From Candidatus Eiseniibacteriota bacterium (lineage in GTDB: Bacteria; Eisenbacteria; RBG-16-71-46), in NCBI GenBank assembly GCA_963725865.1, contig CAVSAC010000014.1, positions 128,001 to 192,000 on the forward strand: 64,000 nucleotides of DNA, in the 5' to 3' direction. How positions within the stretch are numbered: position 1 is the first letter of the stretch; each line of letters begins with the position of its first letter. A program made the position numbers and the translations under genes. The notes beneath the pieces are model-generated. The model did no database searches. It saw only the letters and a list, made by a program, of their open reading frames with translations, and was not told the origin of the DNA. Of this stretch, positions 29,456-41,683 are shown piece after piece.

Positions 29456-31594
29456 CTAGGCGCCCTTCTCGCCCTCGACCACGACCTTCGACAGATCCCA
29501 GCCGCGCAGGAACAGGTCGCGCACCTCGGTCAGCAGCCGCAGCCGGTTCGCGCGCACGCCGAGGTCGTCGGCGTTGACCAGCACCTGGTCGAAGAAGGAG
29601 TGGATCGGCTGCTCCATCGCGAGCAGCGCGGGCAGGATCGCGGCGTGGTCACCGCGCGCCCACAGCGGCGCGGTCACCGCGCGCGCCGATTCGAGCGCCG
29701 CGTGCAGCGCGCGCTCGGCCGGCTCGCCGAGCCGCGCGGTGTCGAGCGCCACCGGCAGCGTCTCGGTCGCCGCGCGCAGGATGTTGCCCACGCGCTTGAA
29801 CAGCACCGCGAGCGACACGAAGCGCTCGTCGGCACGGAAGCTCTCGAGCGTGCGCGCGCGCTGCAGCGCGTCGGTCGGATCGGTCCAGCCCGGCCGCGGC
29901 TTGCCATCCCCGCGCACCACGCGCGCCTCGAGCGCGGCGGCGGCGCTGTCGTACGGGACCCCGCGCTCGGCGAGCGCGGCCTCGACGCGGCCGCGCCAGT
30001 ACTCGCCCAGCTGCTTCACGATCTCGGCATGCGGCAGGCCGGCATCGGCGGCGAAGAACGTGCGGGTCGCCTCCATGGTCGCGTCGCGCAGGTCGAGGTG
30101 GCGATCCTGCTCGATCAGGATGCGCAGCACGCCGTTGCCCGCGCGCCGCACGCCGTACGGGTCCTCGCTGCCGCTCGGCACCTTGCGCGCCACGAACGCG
30201 CCCGCCACGTGGTCGAGCTTGTCGGCGAGCGCGAGCAGCGAGCCCGCCTCGCTCGCCGGCGGCGCGTCGCCCGCACCGCGCGGCCGGTAGTGCTCGGCGA
30301 TCGCGGTCGCCACCGCATCCGGCTCGCCCGCGCGCCGCGCGTAGTGGCCGCCCATCAGGCCCTCGAGGCTCGCGTACTCCTTGCCGCTGCCGATCATCTC
30401 CCCCAGCAGATCGGTCTTGCACAGCAGCCCCGCGCGCCGCACGTGCGCCGTCGCCGCCGGCGCGAGCCGCTCGGCCAGCCAGCCGCCCAGCGACTCGAGC
30501 CGCGCGGCCTTCTCGCGCAGCGAACCCAGCCCCTCCATCCACACCACGCCCGCAAGCGCGTCCACCCGCTCGGCCGGCGCGTGCTTGAGGTCGGTGTCCC
30601 AGTAGAACTTCGCGTCCTCGAGTCGCGCGACCAGCACGTCCTGGTTGCCCTTGCGCACGATGTCGAGCCCGCGCTCGTCGCCGTTGCGCACCGCGATGAA
30701 CGCCGGCAGCAGCGCGCCGTCGGGGCGCTCGACCGCGAAGAAGCGCTGGTGCTCGCGCAGCGCGGTCACGATCACCTCGCGCGGCAGGTCGAGATACTTC
30801 GGATCGAAGCGCCCGGTGAACGCGGTCGGGCGCTCCACCAGGAAGGTGTCGATCTCGACCAGCTCGGCGTCCTCGACCACGCGCCCGCCCTCGGCGCGCG
30901 CCAGCGTCGCCATCTGCCCGGTCATCGCCGCGCCGCGCCGCGCCGGATCGGCGATCACGTCGACGCGCTCGAGCACCGCCAGGTACGCGCCGGCGTCGGC
31001 GATCTCGACCGGCGCGGGCGCCAGGAAGCGGTGGCCGCGCGAGACGCGTCCCGCCGCGAGCCCGAACGCGCGCACCGCCACCACGTCGGAGCCGAGCAGC
31101 GCCACCAGCCAGCGCACCGGGCGCGCGAAGCGGGTGTCGTCGTCGAGCCAGCGCATGGTCTTCGGGAACTGCAGCCGCGTGGCGAGGCTCGCCAGCAGCG
31201 CGGGCAGCACTTCGATCGCGGGGCGGCCGGCGATGTGCACGGTGACCGCGACGTACTCGCCCTTGGGCGTCGCGACGCGGCGCACCGCGCTGGCGTCCAC
31301 GCCGCGGCCGGCGCAGAAGCCGAGCAGCGCCTTGGTCGGCTGGCCCGCGGCGTCGAACGCGACCTTGGTCGCCGGGCCCATCGCCTCCTCGTCGCGGTCG
31401 GGCTGGCGCTCGGCGAGGCCGCGCACCATCAGCGTGAGGCGGCGCGGCGTGCCCAGCGCGCGCACGTCCTCGAACGCCAGGCGCGCCTCGGCGAGCGCCG
31501 CGCGCGCGCCCGACTCGAGCTGCTCGAGCGCCGGCGGCATGTAGACCGACGGCACCTCCTCGACCCCGATCTCGAACACCAGGTCGCGGCTCAT
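29456..31594 (-). CDS. glyS: Glycine--tRNA ligase beta subunit
   Basis: [43 protein letters not shown]-terminal DALR domain. Confidence 0.95.
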   Translation of the reverse strand: MSRDLVFEIGVEEVPSVYMPPALEQLESGARAALAEARLAFEDVRALGTPRRLTLMVRGLAERQPDRDEEAMGPATKVAFDAAGQPTKALLGFCAGRGVDASAVRRVATPKGEYVAVTVHIAGRPAIEVLPALLASLATRLQFPKTMRWLDDDTRFARPVRWLVALLGSDVVAVRAFGLAAGRVSRGHRFLAPAPVEIADAGAYLAVLERVDVIADPARRGAAMTGQMATLARAEGGRVVEDAELVEIDTFLVERPTAFTGRFDPKYLDLPREVIVTALREHQRFFAVERPDGALLPAFIAVRNGDERGLDIVRKGNQDVLVARLEDAKFYWDTDLKHAPAERVDALAGVVWMEGLGSLREKAARLESLGGWLAERLAPAATAHVRRAGLLCKTDLLGEMIGSGKEYASLEGLMGGHYARRAGEPDAVATAIAEHYRPRGAGDAPPASEAGSLLALADKLDHVAGAFVARKVPSGSEDPYGVRRAGNGVLRILIEQDRHLDLRDATMEATRTFFAADAGLPHAEIVKQLGEYWRGRVEAALAERGVPYDSAAAALEARVVRGDGKPRPGWTDPTDALQRARTLESFRADERFVSLAVLFKRVGNILRAATETLPVALDTARLGEPAERALHAALESARAVTAPLWARGDHAAILPALLAMEQPIHSFFDQVLVNADDLGVRANRLRLLTEVRDLFLRGWDLSKVVVEGEKGA

Positions 31595-32597
31595 CGGGCG
31601 GCTCCCTTCGCGGCGCGGGCCTCGCGGTCTTCGCGCTGCCCTGGCGGCGCGCCTGGGCCTGCGCCTGCTCGTCGCGGTAGCGCGCCAGCCAGCGCTCGCG
31701 CTCGGCCGGGTCCGGGATCAGCGGATAGCCCAGCTCCGCGCGCAGGTGGTGGAATGCGAGTGCCGCCTGTCGCGCCAGCTTGCGCACGCGGCCGATGTAG
31801 CCCACGCGCTCGCTGACCGAGATCGCGCCGCGCGCGTCGAGCAGGTTGAACAGGTGCGAGCACTTGATGACCGCGTCGTAGCCCGGGTTCACGAGCTTCA
31901 GGTCGAGCAGCCGCACCGCCTCGGACTCCCAGACCTTGAACATCTCGAACAGCGCGTCCACCGGCGCCTGCTCGAAGTTGTAGTGCGACCACTCCCACTC
32001 GTTGCGCACCCACAGGTCGCCCCACGTCACGCCCGGCGCCCACTGCAGGTCCTGCACGCGGTCGGTGCCCTGCAGCATCATGCCGATGCGATCGAGCCCG
32101 TAGGTCAGCTCGGCCGAGATCACCGGCAGCTCGAGCCCGCCGCACTGCTGGAAGTAGGTGAACTGCGAGATCTCGGTGCCGTCCATCCACACCTGCCAGC
32201 CGAGGCCGGCGGCGCCCAGCGTCGGCGACTCCCAGTCGTCCTCGACCAGCCGCAGGTCGTGCTCGCGCGGGTCGATGCCGATCGCGCGGAGCGAATCGAA
32301 GTACTGGTCCACCACGTCGCCGGGCGTCGGCTTGAGCAGCACCTGGTACTGGAAGAACTGCTGGAAGCGGTTCGGGTTCTCGCCGTAGCGCCCGTCCTTC
32401 GGGCGGCGCGAGGGCTCGACGTACGCCACGCGCCACGGCTCGGGGCCGAGCGAGCGCAGGAAGGTCGCGGGGTTGAACGTGCCGGCGCCGACCTCGGACG
32501 GGTACGGCTGCTGGATCACGCAGCCGCGCGCCGCCCAGAACATCTCGAGCGCCAGCATCATCTCCTGCAGCGAGCGGGCGGGCTTCAGGCCGTCCAA
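31591..32597 (-). CDS. glyQ: Glycine--tRNA ligase alpha subunit (likely frameshift near 31640)
   Basis: [56 protein letters not shown]. Confidence 0.95.
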
Positions 32598-32610
32598 CGC
32601 ATCCTCCTTG

Positions 32611-33375
32611 TCACGATGCCGATGGCAGTGAGCGCAGCAGCTCGAGCGAGCGCAGTCCCTGGAACCGCTGGAAGTGGTGCTTCAGGAAGAGCTCGACGAC
32701 GCGCAGGATCTCGCCGGAGCGCTTCACCTCGAGGTACGCGCCTGCCTCGGCGACCGGGCGCGCGAGCAACAGCGCCAGCCCCGCGAGCGCATCGGCCGAG
32801 AGACGCACGACCCCGGGCTCGGCCGGCGCGCATCGGTCGCACAGCAGCCCGCCGAGCGCCGGCGAGAACAACCGCTCCTGCGCGACCGCGCCGCCGCACC
32901 GGGCACACGCGTCGAGGCGGGGACGATAGCCCAGCAGGCTCGCGACTTGAAGCTCGAACGCGATGGTGATCGCCGGCAGCGCCTCGGGCGGCGCGGTCGC
33001 CACCGCTTCCAGCACCGCCACCAGCAGGTCGTACAGCTCCGGGTGCGGCTCCTCGCCCCACACCAGCCGGTCGATGATCTCGAGCGCGGCACTCGCGTGC
33101 GCGAGCCGCGTCAGGTCGATGAGGTCCATTCCCATCGGCGCCAGCGTCTCGGCGCGCGAGAGCAGGTGCAGGTCGCGGTCGCGCTTGAGGTACACCACGA
33201 AGCGCGCGCGCGTCAGCGGCTCGAGCGCGAATCCGAACCGGCTCGGCGTCTTGCGCGCGCCCTTGGCCACGAACTTGAGCAGCCCGTGCTCGCGCGTGTA
33301 GACCACCGCGATGCGGCTGGTGTCGCCGAGCGCGTGGTTCTTGAGGACGACGCCTTCGGTGGTGACGAGGGCCAT
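32611..33375 (-). CDS. recO: DNA repair protein RecO
   Basis: EGVVLK...YTREHG...[20 protein letters not shown]...GGLLCDRC zinc finger; recO-glyQS synteny. Confidence 0.93.
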   Translation of the reverse strand: MALVTTEGVVLKNHALGDTSRIAVVYTREHGLLKFVAKGARKTPSRFGFALEPLTRARFVVYLKRDRDLHLLSRAETLAPMGMDLIDLTRLAHASAALEIIDRLVWGEEPHPELYDLLVAVLEAVATAPPEALPAITIAFELQVASLLGYRPRLDACARCGGAVAQERLFSPALGGLLCDRCAPAEPGVVRLSADALAGLALLLARPVAEAGAYLEVKRSGEILRVVELFLKHHFQRFQGLRSLELLRSLPSAS

Positions 33376-33498
33376 GGCCGGGGGCCTGCGCGCTCCGGCG
33401 CGGCCGGGATGGCCGGGCGCGGGCGGCGCGAGGTGGGACAGTGTAGCGGAGTGCGATGGAAGGCGCCCGGAGGCGGGCGCGCCGACGCCCGGCGCGGT

Positions 33499-33526
33499 GA
33501 TGGCCGGCCCACGCGGGCCGGCCATC
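33499..33526. terminator. Perfect 12-bp hairpin after the NmrA gene
   Basis: gatggccggccc-acgc-gggccggccatc; no U tract. Confidence 0.5.
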
Positions 33527-33545
33527 GAGCGCCCTGCGTTCGGGG

Positions 33546-34499
33546 TCAGGCGACCGGCGCGAGGCTCTTCTGGTTCGCGGCGAGGAACGCGTCGAAGCTC
33601 TGGAGCTTCGGGTTCAGCGCGCGCGTGCGCGCCACGTCGCGCATGCCGAGCACGTCCTTCGCGCAGTCGTGATAGAACTGGAACATGTTGCCCATCTCCA
33701 CGGCGCCCGGGAAGCCGAGGCCGCGGTAGACGTCGAAGGGCACGTCCTGGAAGCGCACCGGCTGGCCGATCACGCGCGCGAACGCGGCCGCGAGCTGCGC
33801 TCCGGTGAGGTGATCGCTGGCGAGTCCGATCCGCTGCCCGGCGAGCGCCGACCCCTGGCGGAAGATCCCGTACGCGCAGCGCCCGATGTCCTCCGCCGCG
33901 ATACCGGCGAGCGCCCGCTCGCCAAGCGGCATCGCGAACGTGTAGGTGCCGTCGTCGCCGCGGCGCGGGCCGAGGCCGAGCTGGATGAAGTTGTCCCAGT
34001 AGAACGAGGCGAGCATGAACGTGGTCGGCACGCCCGAGTCGGTGAACGCCTGGTCCGCCTCGCCCTTGGCGTCGAAGTGGGGCACCTTGTAGTGCTCGAG
34101 CAGGTTGGGCATGCGAGGATCCGAGAGCGGGATGAAGCGCCGCGTGTCCTCGAGCGTCGACCAGATCGCGTGCCGCACGCCGGCCACCTTCGCCGCGCGC
34201 GCCATCGCCCGCGCGTTCGCCAGCTCGCGCTCGGGCGAGAAGTGCGCCCAGAAGAACGTCACGCAGTAGGCGCCATCGGCGCCCGCGAACGCGCGCTCGA
34301 GGCTCGCCGGATCGTCGAGATCGCCCTGCACCACCTCGGCGCCGCGCCGCGCGAACGACCGGGACTTCTCGGAATTCGGGTCGCGCGCGACGACGCGCGC
34401 GGTGAAGCCGCTGCCCGGATCGTCGAGGATGGCGCGCACCAGTCCGCCGCCCTGAGCACCGGTCGCGCCGACGACCGCGATGATCTTCTTCTCCGACAT
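33546..34499 (-). CDS. NmrA/HSCARG-family NAD(P)-binding protein
   Basis: IAVVGATGAQGGG, VPHFDAKG, EMGNMFQF. Confidence 0.92.
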   Translation of the reverse strand: MSEKKIIAVVGATGAQGGGLVRAILDDPGSGFTARVVARDPNSEKSRSFARRGAEVVQGDLDDPASLERAFAGADGAYCVTFFWAHFSPERELANARAMARAAKVAGVRHAIWSTLEDTRRFIPLSDPRMPNLLEHYKVPHFDAKGEADQAFTDSGVPTTFMLASFYWDNFIQLGLGPRRGDDGTYTFAMPLGERALAGIAAEDIGRCAYGIFRQGSALAGQRIGLASDHLTGAQLAAAFARVIGQPVRFQDVPFDVYRGLGFPGAVEMGNMFQFYHDCAKDVLGMRDVARTRALNPKLQSFDAFLAANQKSLAPVA

Positions 34500-34642
34500 G
34501 GGGAATCCTCTCCGTGGGGGTCGAGCGGTGACGCGGCCGGGTGGGATGACCCCACCTCGGATGCGCCAACGGGTCGAATGGATCGCGAACGGTTGTGGGA
34601 GCGATGCGGCCGCGGACCAGGTCGGCGGCGCGCCGCGCGCCC

Positions 34643-35581
34643 CTACCGGTACTCGTAGGTGTAGACGCGCTCCTCGCGGCTCTCGACCTGGACCGGACCC
34701 TGGCCGGGGACGTCGGCGGTCATGCGGATCGTGCGCACGGAGGTCTCGCGCTCGATGAGCATGGTCGCCGGGTCGAGCACGCGCGTGGCCGAGCCCGAGA
34801 TCGCCGAGCCGCTCACGCCCATGCCGATCGAGTCCTGGCCGGACGCCTTCGCCACTCCGGCCGACAGTCCGCTCAACGTCCGGTCGAGCGCCTGCGCGTC
34901 GGCGTCGTAGCGGGTCTCGATGCGCACGCAGCGGCCGGCGCGGCCGGGCACCAGCGCCGCGAACCGGGTCACCATGGCGTACTGGATCGCCTGGCCGTCG
35001 GGCAGCGTGTAGGGCACCTGGGTGCGCACGCTGTCCCCGATCGCGACGCTCTTGCCCACGAAGTCGCCCACGCGGCCGTTCCACTCCGCGGTCTCCTTCG
35101 CGACCAGGGCCGCTTCGCTCAGGTGCGGGGCGAGGCGCTCGGCGACCTCGGCCGGCAGCTGCGCCTTCAACCGCGCCGCCACGGCGGCGAAACCGTCGAT
35201 CCGCGTGATCCGGCCGGCGCGCGTGAAGTGATAGGTGAACGGCAGCTTCACCATCAGCTCCCCGATCGGATCCGGCACCCGCTTGCCGTCGCGCTCGAAG
35301 ACCACCGACAGCGTGGTCTCGGCCAGCGCGTAGCCGTCCCCCTCGCGGCGCATCGCGATCGCCGCCCGCGTGACTCGGTGGTCGGCCTGCTGGCCGAGCC
35401 CGGCGAAGCGCTTCTCGGTGTTGGTGGTCAGCGTCTCGATGAACCGCGTCCCCGGCGGCGGCGCGAACCGGAACGTGATCCGCGCGGCCGAGGTGGCGGG
35501 GCTCGCGGCCCTCGCCGGCGCGGCGGGCGCGAGGGTCAGCAGCACCAGGGCGATCCCGCCCGCGACCGACCACGTTCTCAT
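34643..35581 (-). CDS. Secreted hypothetical beta-rich protein
   Basis: Signal peptide MRTWSVAGGIALVLLTLAPA; ATGA overlap with the DUF502 gene. Confidence 0.75.
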   Translation of the reverse strand: MRTWSVAGGIALVLLTLAPAAPARAASPATSAARITFRFAPPPGTRFIETLTTNTEKRFAGLGQQADHRVTRAAIAMRREGDGYALAETTLSVVFERDGKRVPDPIGELMVKLPFTYHFTRAGRITRIDGFAAVAARLKAQLPAEVAERLAPHLSEAALVAKETAEWNGRVGDFVGKSVAIGDSVRTQVPYTLPDGQAIQYAMVTRFAALVPGRAGRCVRIETRYDADAQALDRTLSGLSAGVAKASGQDSIGMGVSGSAISGSATRVLDPATMLIERETSVRTIRMTADVPGQGPVQVESREERVYTYEYR

Positions 35582-36297
35582 GAGCGGCTCCCTGGCGCCG
35601 CGCCACCCCGCGGGGCGACACCGCCGTTGCCCGGGGGCTGCACCACGCCGCCCGAGACGATGACCTTCAGTCCGTCCTCGACCGACCAGTCGAGGAACAG
35701 GATCTCGCGGCGCGGCACGTAGTGGACGAACCCCGACGCGGGATTGGGCGAGTGCGGAACGAACACCACCTCGGTGTCGTCGCCGAGCTTCGCGCGCACG
35801 TCGGCCGGCGTGCGGCCGGTGACGAACCCGATGCGCCACATGCCGGGATGCGGCCACTGCACCAGCACCACGTGGCGGAACGCGGACTCGCCGCGCTTGT
35901 TGATGAGCGCCTCGCCCACCGACTTCACCGAGCCGTAGATGATGCCGATGCCCGGGATGCGCTGGAGGAAACCCTCCCACACGCCGAACAGCGACCGCGC
36001 GCCGAGCCACGAGGCCACCCAGCCCACCAGCAGCAGGAGCAGCAGCGTGGCGAGCAGACCGAGGCCCGGGATCGGCTGGTAGTGGAGCGGAGTCTCGGGG
36101 CGGACGACGCCGGTGATCAGCCCCAGCACGCTGTTCACGAGCCGCGGCAACAGCCCGTCCATCCAGTCCAGCATGCGGAAGAACACCCACAGCGAGAGCG
36201 CGGTGGGGCCGATCACGATGAGCCCGGTGAGCAGGTAGTTGCGCAGCCTCAGCATCAGGCGGCGGCGGTGCGAAGGATCGGGCGGCGTCGGGGTCAT
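35578..36297 (-). CDS. DUF502-family membrane protein
   Basis: RNYLLTGL, IPGLG, IYGSVK, VFVPHSPNPASGF, SGG. Confidence 0.9.
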   Translation of the reverse strand: MTPTPPDPSHRRRLMLRLRNYLLTGLIVIGPTALSLWVFFRMLDWMDGLLPRLVNSVLGLITGVVRPETPLHYQPIPGLGLLATLLLLLLVGWVASWLGARSLFGVWEGFLQRIPGIGIIYGSVKSVGEALINKRGESAFRHVVLVQWPHPGMWRIGFVTGRTPADVRAKLGDDTEVVFVPHSPNPASGFVHYVPRREILFLDWSVEDGLKVIVSGGVVQPPGNGGVAPRGGAAPGSRS

Positions 36298-36413
36298 GAG
36301 GGGAGCGTGGTCCTTTCGAGCCGTGCAGCCTGCCGGAGCGCGGCCCCGCGGTCAAACCGGAGGTGCCCACGACGGTCGCCGCGCACGGCCCCGCGGCCGG
36401 CGCGCCGTGGCGC

Positions 36414-37340
36414 TCAGCGCACTTCGAAGCGGACCGGGATCTCGACCCAGGTGCGCACCGACTCGCCCCCGCGCCGCGCCGGCTGGAAACGCCAGCCCAG
36501 CACCGCGGCGACCGCGGCGGCGTCGAACGGCGCGCGGGCCTCGCGGGCGCGGGCCTCGGTGACGCGGCCGTTCTCGTCGACCAGCGCGAGCACGCGCACC
36601 TCGACCGGCCCGGGCCCCGGCGCATCGGGCGGCCACTGGGGCGGCCGCGTGACGAGCGCGCGCGGCAGCACGTCCACCGGGGTCGGCACCGCGAGCGGGA
36701 AGAAGCGCGCGCCGGTGTCGGCCGGCAGCGGTTCGGCCATCGCGACCGCCGCGAACGCCGAGTCGCCGGGCAGCGCGCGCTGCACCTGCGACAGCAGGTC
36801 CTGCGCGTGGGCGCCCAGGTCGATGCTCGCCGCCGGTCCGCCGTCGCCGAACACCTGCGCGCAGCGCGAGCCGAAGAACAGCAGCACCCCGACCTGGCGC
36901 CCGCTCGACTGGAACGTCACGCCGGCCGCGAAGTCGTCCGCGCTGTCGCCGGGCGCCGGCCGCGGCGAGCAGCGGCGCAGCGAGTCGCTCGGCCCCGCCG
37001 CGAACAGCGCGCGCGCGAACTCGTGTCCCCACGCGGTGTCGACCGCCGCCTCGGAGACGCTCTCGGTGCGGTAGCGCCGGTGCTCGCCCCCGCGCTCGTC
37101 GCGCACGCTGTAGAGCACCACGCGGACGTGCTGCACCGTGACCGCGTCGGCGGTGGTGAGGATGTCGCGCGCCTCGAGGTACGAGAGCGGCGCGGCGCTC
37201 GCCGGCAGGGCGGGCACGAGCAGCGCGGCGACCGACGGCAGCAGCGCGAGCGCGAGGGCGGTGGCCGTGAGCGCATGCCGCCCGGCGCGGCGGGCGTCGA
37301 GCGGCGACGAGGTCCTGCGAGGTCGGTGGGTGCGACGCAT
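36414..37340 (-). CDS. TonB-family protein (C-terminal TonB_C domain)
   Basis: VLALVDENGRV...FDAAAVAAVLGWRFQPARRGGESVRTWVEIPVRF. Confidence 0.85.
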   Translation of the reverse strand: MRRTHRPRRTSSPLDARRAGRHALTATALALALLPSVAALLVPALPASAAPLSYLEARDILTTADAVTVQHVRVVLYSVRDERGGEHRRYRTESVSEAAVDTAWGHEFARALFAAGPSDSLRRCSPRPAPGDSADDFAAGVTFQSSGRQVGVLLFFGSRCAQVFGDGGPAASIDLGAHAQDLLSQVQRALPGDSAFAAVAMAEPLPADTGARFFPLAVPTPVDVLPRALVTRPPQWPPDAPGPGPVEVRVLALVDENGRVTEARAREARAPFDAAAVAAVLGWRFQPARRGGESVRTWVEIPVRFEVR

Positions 37341-37409
37341 GCGCGCAGTATCGCACGCGGGCGCCCGCGGCCACCCGCGCCGCCCGTCACGCCCGCCGTG
37401 CCGCGCCGT

Positions 37410-38841
37410 TCAGCGCAACAGGCAGACGCGCGCCAGCTTCGTCGCGCCGCCCTGGCGCAACCGCACGAAATACACCCCGGCGTGCGCCAGCTCGGGGAGC
37501 GCGACGAGGTGGCGCCCCGCGCCGGGCCCGCTCACGTCGCGCGTCGCCACCCGCCGGCCGCTCACATCCAGCACGTCCAGCGTCGCGGGGCCGGCGACCG
37601 GCAGCGCGATGCGCAGGCTCAGCGTGCCGACCGAGGGATTCGGGCCGTTCGCCTCGATCGCGAGCGCGACCGGCACCGACGCCGCGGAAGCGAACACGCT
37701 GTCCAGGGAACGCCGTCGTGGGCATCGAGCACGTGACCGTCGGACGCAGGCTGTGGTCGAAATCGAGCAGCCAGGTGTCGCCGAGATCACCGCCGTTGGC
37801 GTCGAGTCCTCCGTAGAGTGCGAACCGGCCGGAGGCAGGGTCGAACACTCCGGCGGAGGCGCTGCGCGCCGGCGGGCCCGACCCCACGGGCGAGAGCCGG
37901 CTCCACTGGGACGACCCACCGAGCCACAACTGCCATGCATCGCCTTGAGCGCGGCCATTCGCATCGCGGCCGAACAGGATCACGAGCCGGTCGTAGTACG
38001 GGTCGTAGAACGCGAGATGCTCGCCGCGCGCGGGCCCCGCCGAATCGAGCAGCGTCCAGGCGCTGTCGTCGAGCGAGAACGCCCAGGTGTCCCCGAGGCA
38101 GACGCGCACGCCCGACGCCAGCGTGTCGCCGCCGAACACGAGCAGCCGATCGCGGTGTGAGTCGTAGACCATGGTGTGGCCCGAGCGCGCCGCCGGGTGC
38201 GGCCCGGTCGGAGCGAGCGGACGCCATCCCTGGAAGTCCCGGTGCCACAGGTCGTCGAGCGGGCGCAGGGAGTCGGGCGGCTCGCCCGCCCGCGACCCAC
38301 GTCCACCGAAGACGTACATCGACAGCGAGCTCGGCGGTGCGCATGCCGCGTGGCCGACCCGTATCAGATCGGCAGGGACACTCGAGCCGAAGGACCAGTA
38401 GGACTCCTTCTGCGCCCGGAACGGCGCGAAGTACAAGAAGAACGTGTCGAAGCGCGGACTCAACGGACTCCCGCCCACCCGGGTCCACGACGTCATCGGG
38501 TACTGGTCGACGAACGTCGCACCCACGACGGGGTCGACGGGAGGCGCTCCCTCGCCGGGTTGTTCCCATTCCCAACCTGGCGTGTCGCCGAGCGCGAGCA
38601 GGCGGATCCAGTCGCGCGACACCGCGCGCCCGCCACACACGAGCATGCCGGCCGAGGAACTGCCGGGCCAGGTGAAGAGCGCCGCCGCGTGTCCGCTGTT
38701 CGGCGGCGGGTCGACGGGAAGCGGGGCGAGCCGCACCCAGCGGCCATTCAAGTCGGCGTGGGCGGCGCTCGCGCGGGCCACGATCAGCAGCGCGATCGCG
38801 GCGGCAGTGCAGAGTGCGCGGCGGGTGAAGGAGACGAACAT
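37410..38841 (-). CDS. Secreted Kelch-repeat protein with T9SS-type CTD (frameshift near 37710)
   Basis: ARSGHTMVYDSHRDRLLVFGG, LGDTW repeats; C-terminus GPNPSVG...LDVSGRRVA...GVYFVRL. Confidence 0.8.
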
Positions 38842-38988
38842 GGCGACCTCGCGGCGAGGGGCGCCCGGTCTTCGTGTACGCGTCGAGGCTAGTCCGCTCG
38901 CGGAGCCCGGTCAACCCGCGCGGCGGGGGCGGCGCGCGCATCGTGGCCGAGCGGGCGGCGGCGGCCGCTCCTCGCATCGGACCCGCGC

Positions 38989-39465
38989 TCACCGCGCGCG
39001 CGCCGCGCGCGCCAGCGCCCGGTCGAGCTGCGCGATCGCCGCGCGGCTGGCGCGCAGCGCCTGCTCCTCGCGCGCGCGCATGCGGATGCGCTCGTCGGCG
39101 TGCTGGTGGTCGAGGCCGGCCAGGTGGAGCGCGCCGTGGATCACCAGCCGCGCCAGTTCCCGGCCGACGCTGACGCGGAAGCGCTTCGCCTGCGCGCGCA
39201 TGCGGTCGAGCGAGACCACCAGATCGCCGTTGACCTGGCGCCCGCGCGTGGGCAGGTCCTCGTCGTACGAGAAGCTGAGCACGTCGGTCGCGCGGTCGAG
39301 ATGGCGCCACTGGCGGTTCAGCATGCGCAGGTCGGCGTCGTCGGTGAGCACGATCGCGATCTCGCCGGCGGCGCGCTTCTCCGGGACGAGCGCGGCCTGG
39401 ACCACCGCGCGCAGCGGAGTGGCGAGACCGCGGATGTCAGGCGGGGTCGCGACGGAGATCGGCAT
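38989..39465 (-). CDS. ybeY: rRNA maturation RNase YbeY
   Basis: ATDVLSF, HGALHLAGLDH. Confidence 0.95.
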   Translation of the reverse strand: MPISVATPPDIRGLATPLRAVVQAALVPEKRAAGEIAIVLTDDADLRMLNRQWRHLDRATDVLSFSYDEDLPTRGRQVNGDLVVSLDRMRAQAKRFRVSVGRELARLVIHGALHLAGLDHQHADERIRMRAREEQALRASRAAIAQLDRALARAARAR

Positions 39466-41664
39466 CGGGGCGGGCGGCCTTCTTGCGCGGATCCTCGGGG
39501 TACGGCGCGCGCACGTGGAAGATCGCGGTCAGCACCGGGACGAACGACTCGCGGATGCGCGCGAGGTCCTGCAGCGTGAGGCCGCACTCGTCGAGTTGCC
39601 CCTGCTGCACGCGCTCCTCGAGGATGCGCGTCACCAGCCCGCGGATGCGGCTGGGCGTCGGCTCCGCGAGCGCGCGCGAGGCGCCTTCGACGCCGTCGGC
39701 GAGCATCAGGATCGCGGTCTCGGCGGAGCGCGGCTTGGGCCCGGGGTACGAGAAGTCCTCGGCGCGCGCGATCGGGTCGGTCTCGAGCGCCTTGTGGTAG
39801 AAGAACGCCATCACCATGGTGCCGTGGTGCTCGGGAATCGCGTTCTGCACCGCGCGCGGCAGCCGCTGGCGGCGCGCCATCTCGAGCCCCTCGCTGATGT
39901 GCGACTTCACGACCAGCGTGCTCATGCTCGGCGTCAGCCGCTCGTGGCGGCTGCGCGTGGTGGCGGGCTCGTTCTCCGCGTAATACTCGGGCTTCGCCAG
40001 CTTGCCGATGTCGTGGTAGTAGGCCTGCACGCGCACCAGCAGGCTGTTCGCGCCGATCGACTCGGCCCCGGCCTCGGCCAGGCTGCCCACCACCATGCTG
40101 TGATGGTAGGTGCCGGGCGCCTCGAGCTGCATGCGCTTGAGCAGCGGGCGGTTCAGGTCCGACAGCTCGAGCAGCGTGATGTCGCTGGTGAGCCCGAACA
40201 ACTGCTCGACCGGCGGCAGCAGCAGGAATGCCAGCGAGACCGACAGGAACGCGTTCGCCGAGCCCCACAGCAGGTCGCGCAGCAGCGCCTCGAGCGCGGT
40301 GACGCGCGCCAGGTCCCAGGCCAGGATCGCCGCCACGTGAGCGAGCGCGATGGTGAAGAACGCGCGCGCGAAATGCCAGCGGTGGCGCAGCCGCGACACC
40401 GAGTACACGGCGACCACGCCGCCCATCATCGCCACCGGCACGAACGAGCCGCGCAGCTCGCTCACCGACATCGCGACCACGCTCAGCATCAGCGTGAACA
40501 CCAGCGCGGGGCGCTTCTCGAGCAGCGAGGCGATCACCAGCGGCGCGAGCGCGAGCGGAACCGTGAACTCCGAGAGCCCGAACTGGTTCACCAGCAGCTC
40601 GGCGCTGCCCAGCACCACCGCGGTGAGCAGCGTGAACATCGCGAGCATCGAGTTGTCGCGGTAGACCGCCGGCAGCTCCATGCGCAGGTAGGTGGCGAAC
40701 ACCGCGATGAACAGCAGCATGAGCAGCATCCGCGCGACCGGCGGATACAGGAACTCGGTGCGGCTGCGGCGCGCCTCCTCGAGGTTCGCGAGCGAGCGCA
40801 GCTTGAGCAGCGCGTCGCGCGTGACGCGCTGGTTGGCGTCGACGATCAGCTCGTCCTTCTTCACGAAGCCGACGGTCGACGGCACCACGCCCTGCGCCTG
40901 CACGCGCCGCCACTCGGTCTCGGCGCGGTCGGCCAGCACGTTGGCGACCACGAACGGCTGCGCCAGCTCGCCCGACAGCCGCACGCCGGCGGGTCGCCGC
41001 CGAACGCCGCGCGCGCGCGGCGCTCGATCAGCTCCTGCGCCTCGCCGCGGTCGTACAGCAGGCTCACGCCGCGCGCGGCCTCCTGCTCGCCGTCGCGCAC
41101 CTGGATCGTGTGGTAGCCCTGCACGGTGCCGCTGCGCTTCTCGGCCACCACGCCGGCCTCGTAGATCTCGTGCAGCCAGCCGCCCAGCTCGCGCAGCACG
41201 TGGCGCGCGCGACCCGAGGCGGCCAGCGCCTGGGCGCTCTCCTGGCTCAGCGGCACCCCGAGAGCGCGCAGCTTGAGCGCGCGCGCGTCGGGGCGCAGCA
41301 CCGGGTCCAGCACGATCGCCAGCGCGCGCTCCTGGAACAGCGCGAAGCGGTTGAGATTCTCGGCCGAGACGCGCGCGTCCACCACGAACACCGGCGGCAC
41401 CGCGGCCGCCGCCTGCTCCTGCTGGCGCCGCAGCGTGGTCTCGTCCTTGAGCACGCGGAAGTCGTACGGCGCGACCACGCGGTCGCGCGCGATGTCGCCC
41501 TCGTGGTAGCGCGCGTGCTCCACGTCGCCGCCGCCGCCCGGCAGCGCCGCCGCGAGCGCCAGCAGCGCCGCGACCAGCAGCAGTCGCACCGCGAAGTAGC
41601 CCCAGCGGAACGGGCGCGCACGGTCCGGCAGCGCGGGAACGGCGATGGATTCCTGGGTGCTCAT
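39437..41664 (-). CDS. 7TM HDIG phosphohydrolase, PgpH/YqfF-like (frameshift near 40985)
   Basis: EAPGTYHHS, YYHDIGK, EHHGT, YPGPKP, LMLAD; phoH-HD-ybeY synteny. Confidence 0.92.
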
Positions 41665-41683
41665 CGAGTGCCGGAGGGGCGCG

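Noticed and set aside
29649..32597. 982-aa GlyQ extension or GlyQS fusion
   Set aside because: The extension is off-frame R/A/G-rich text over glyS. A frameshift near 31640 restores the ATGA overlap at 31591-31594.
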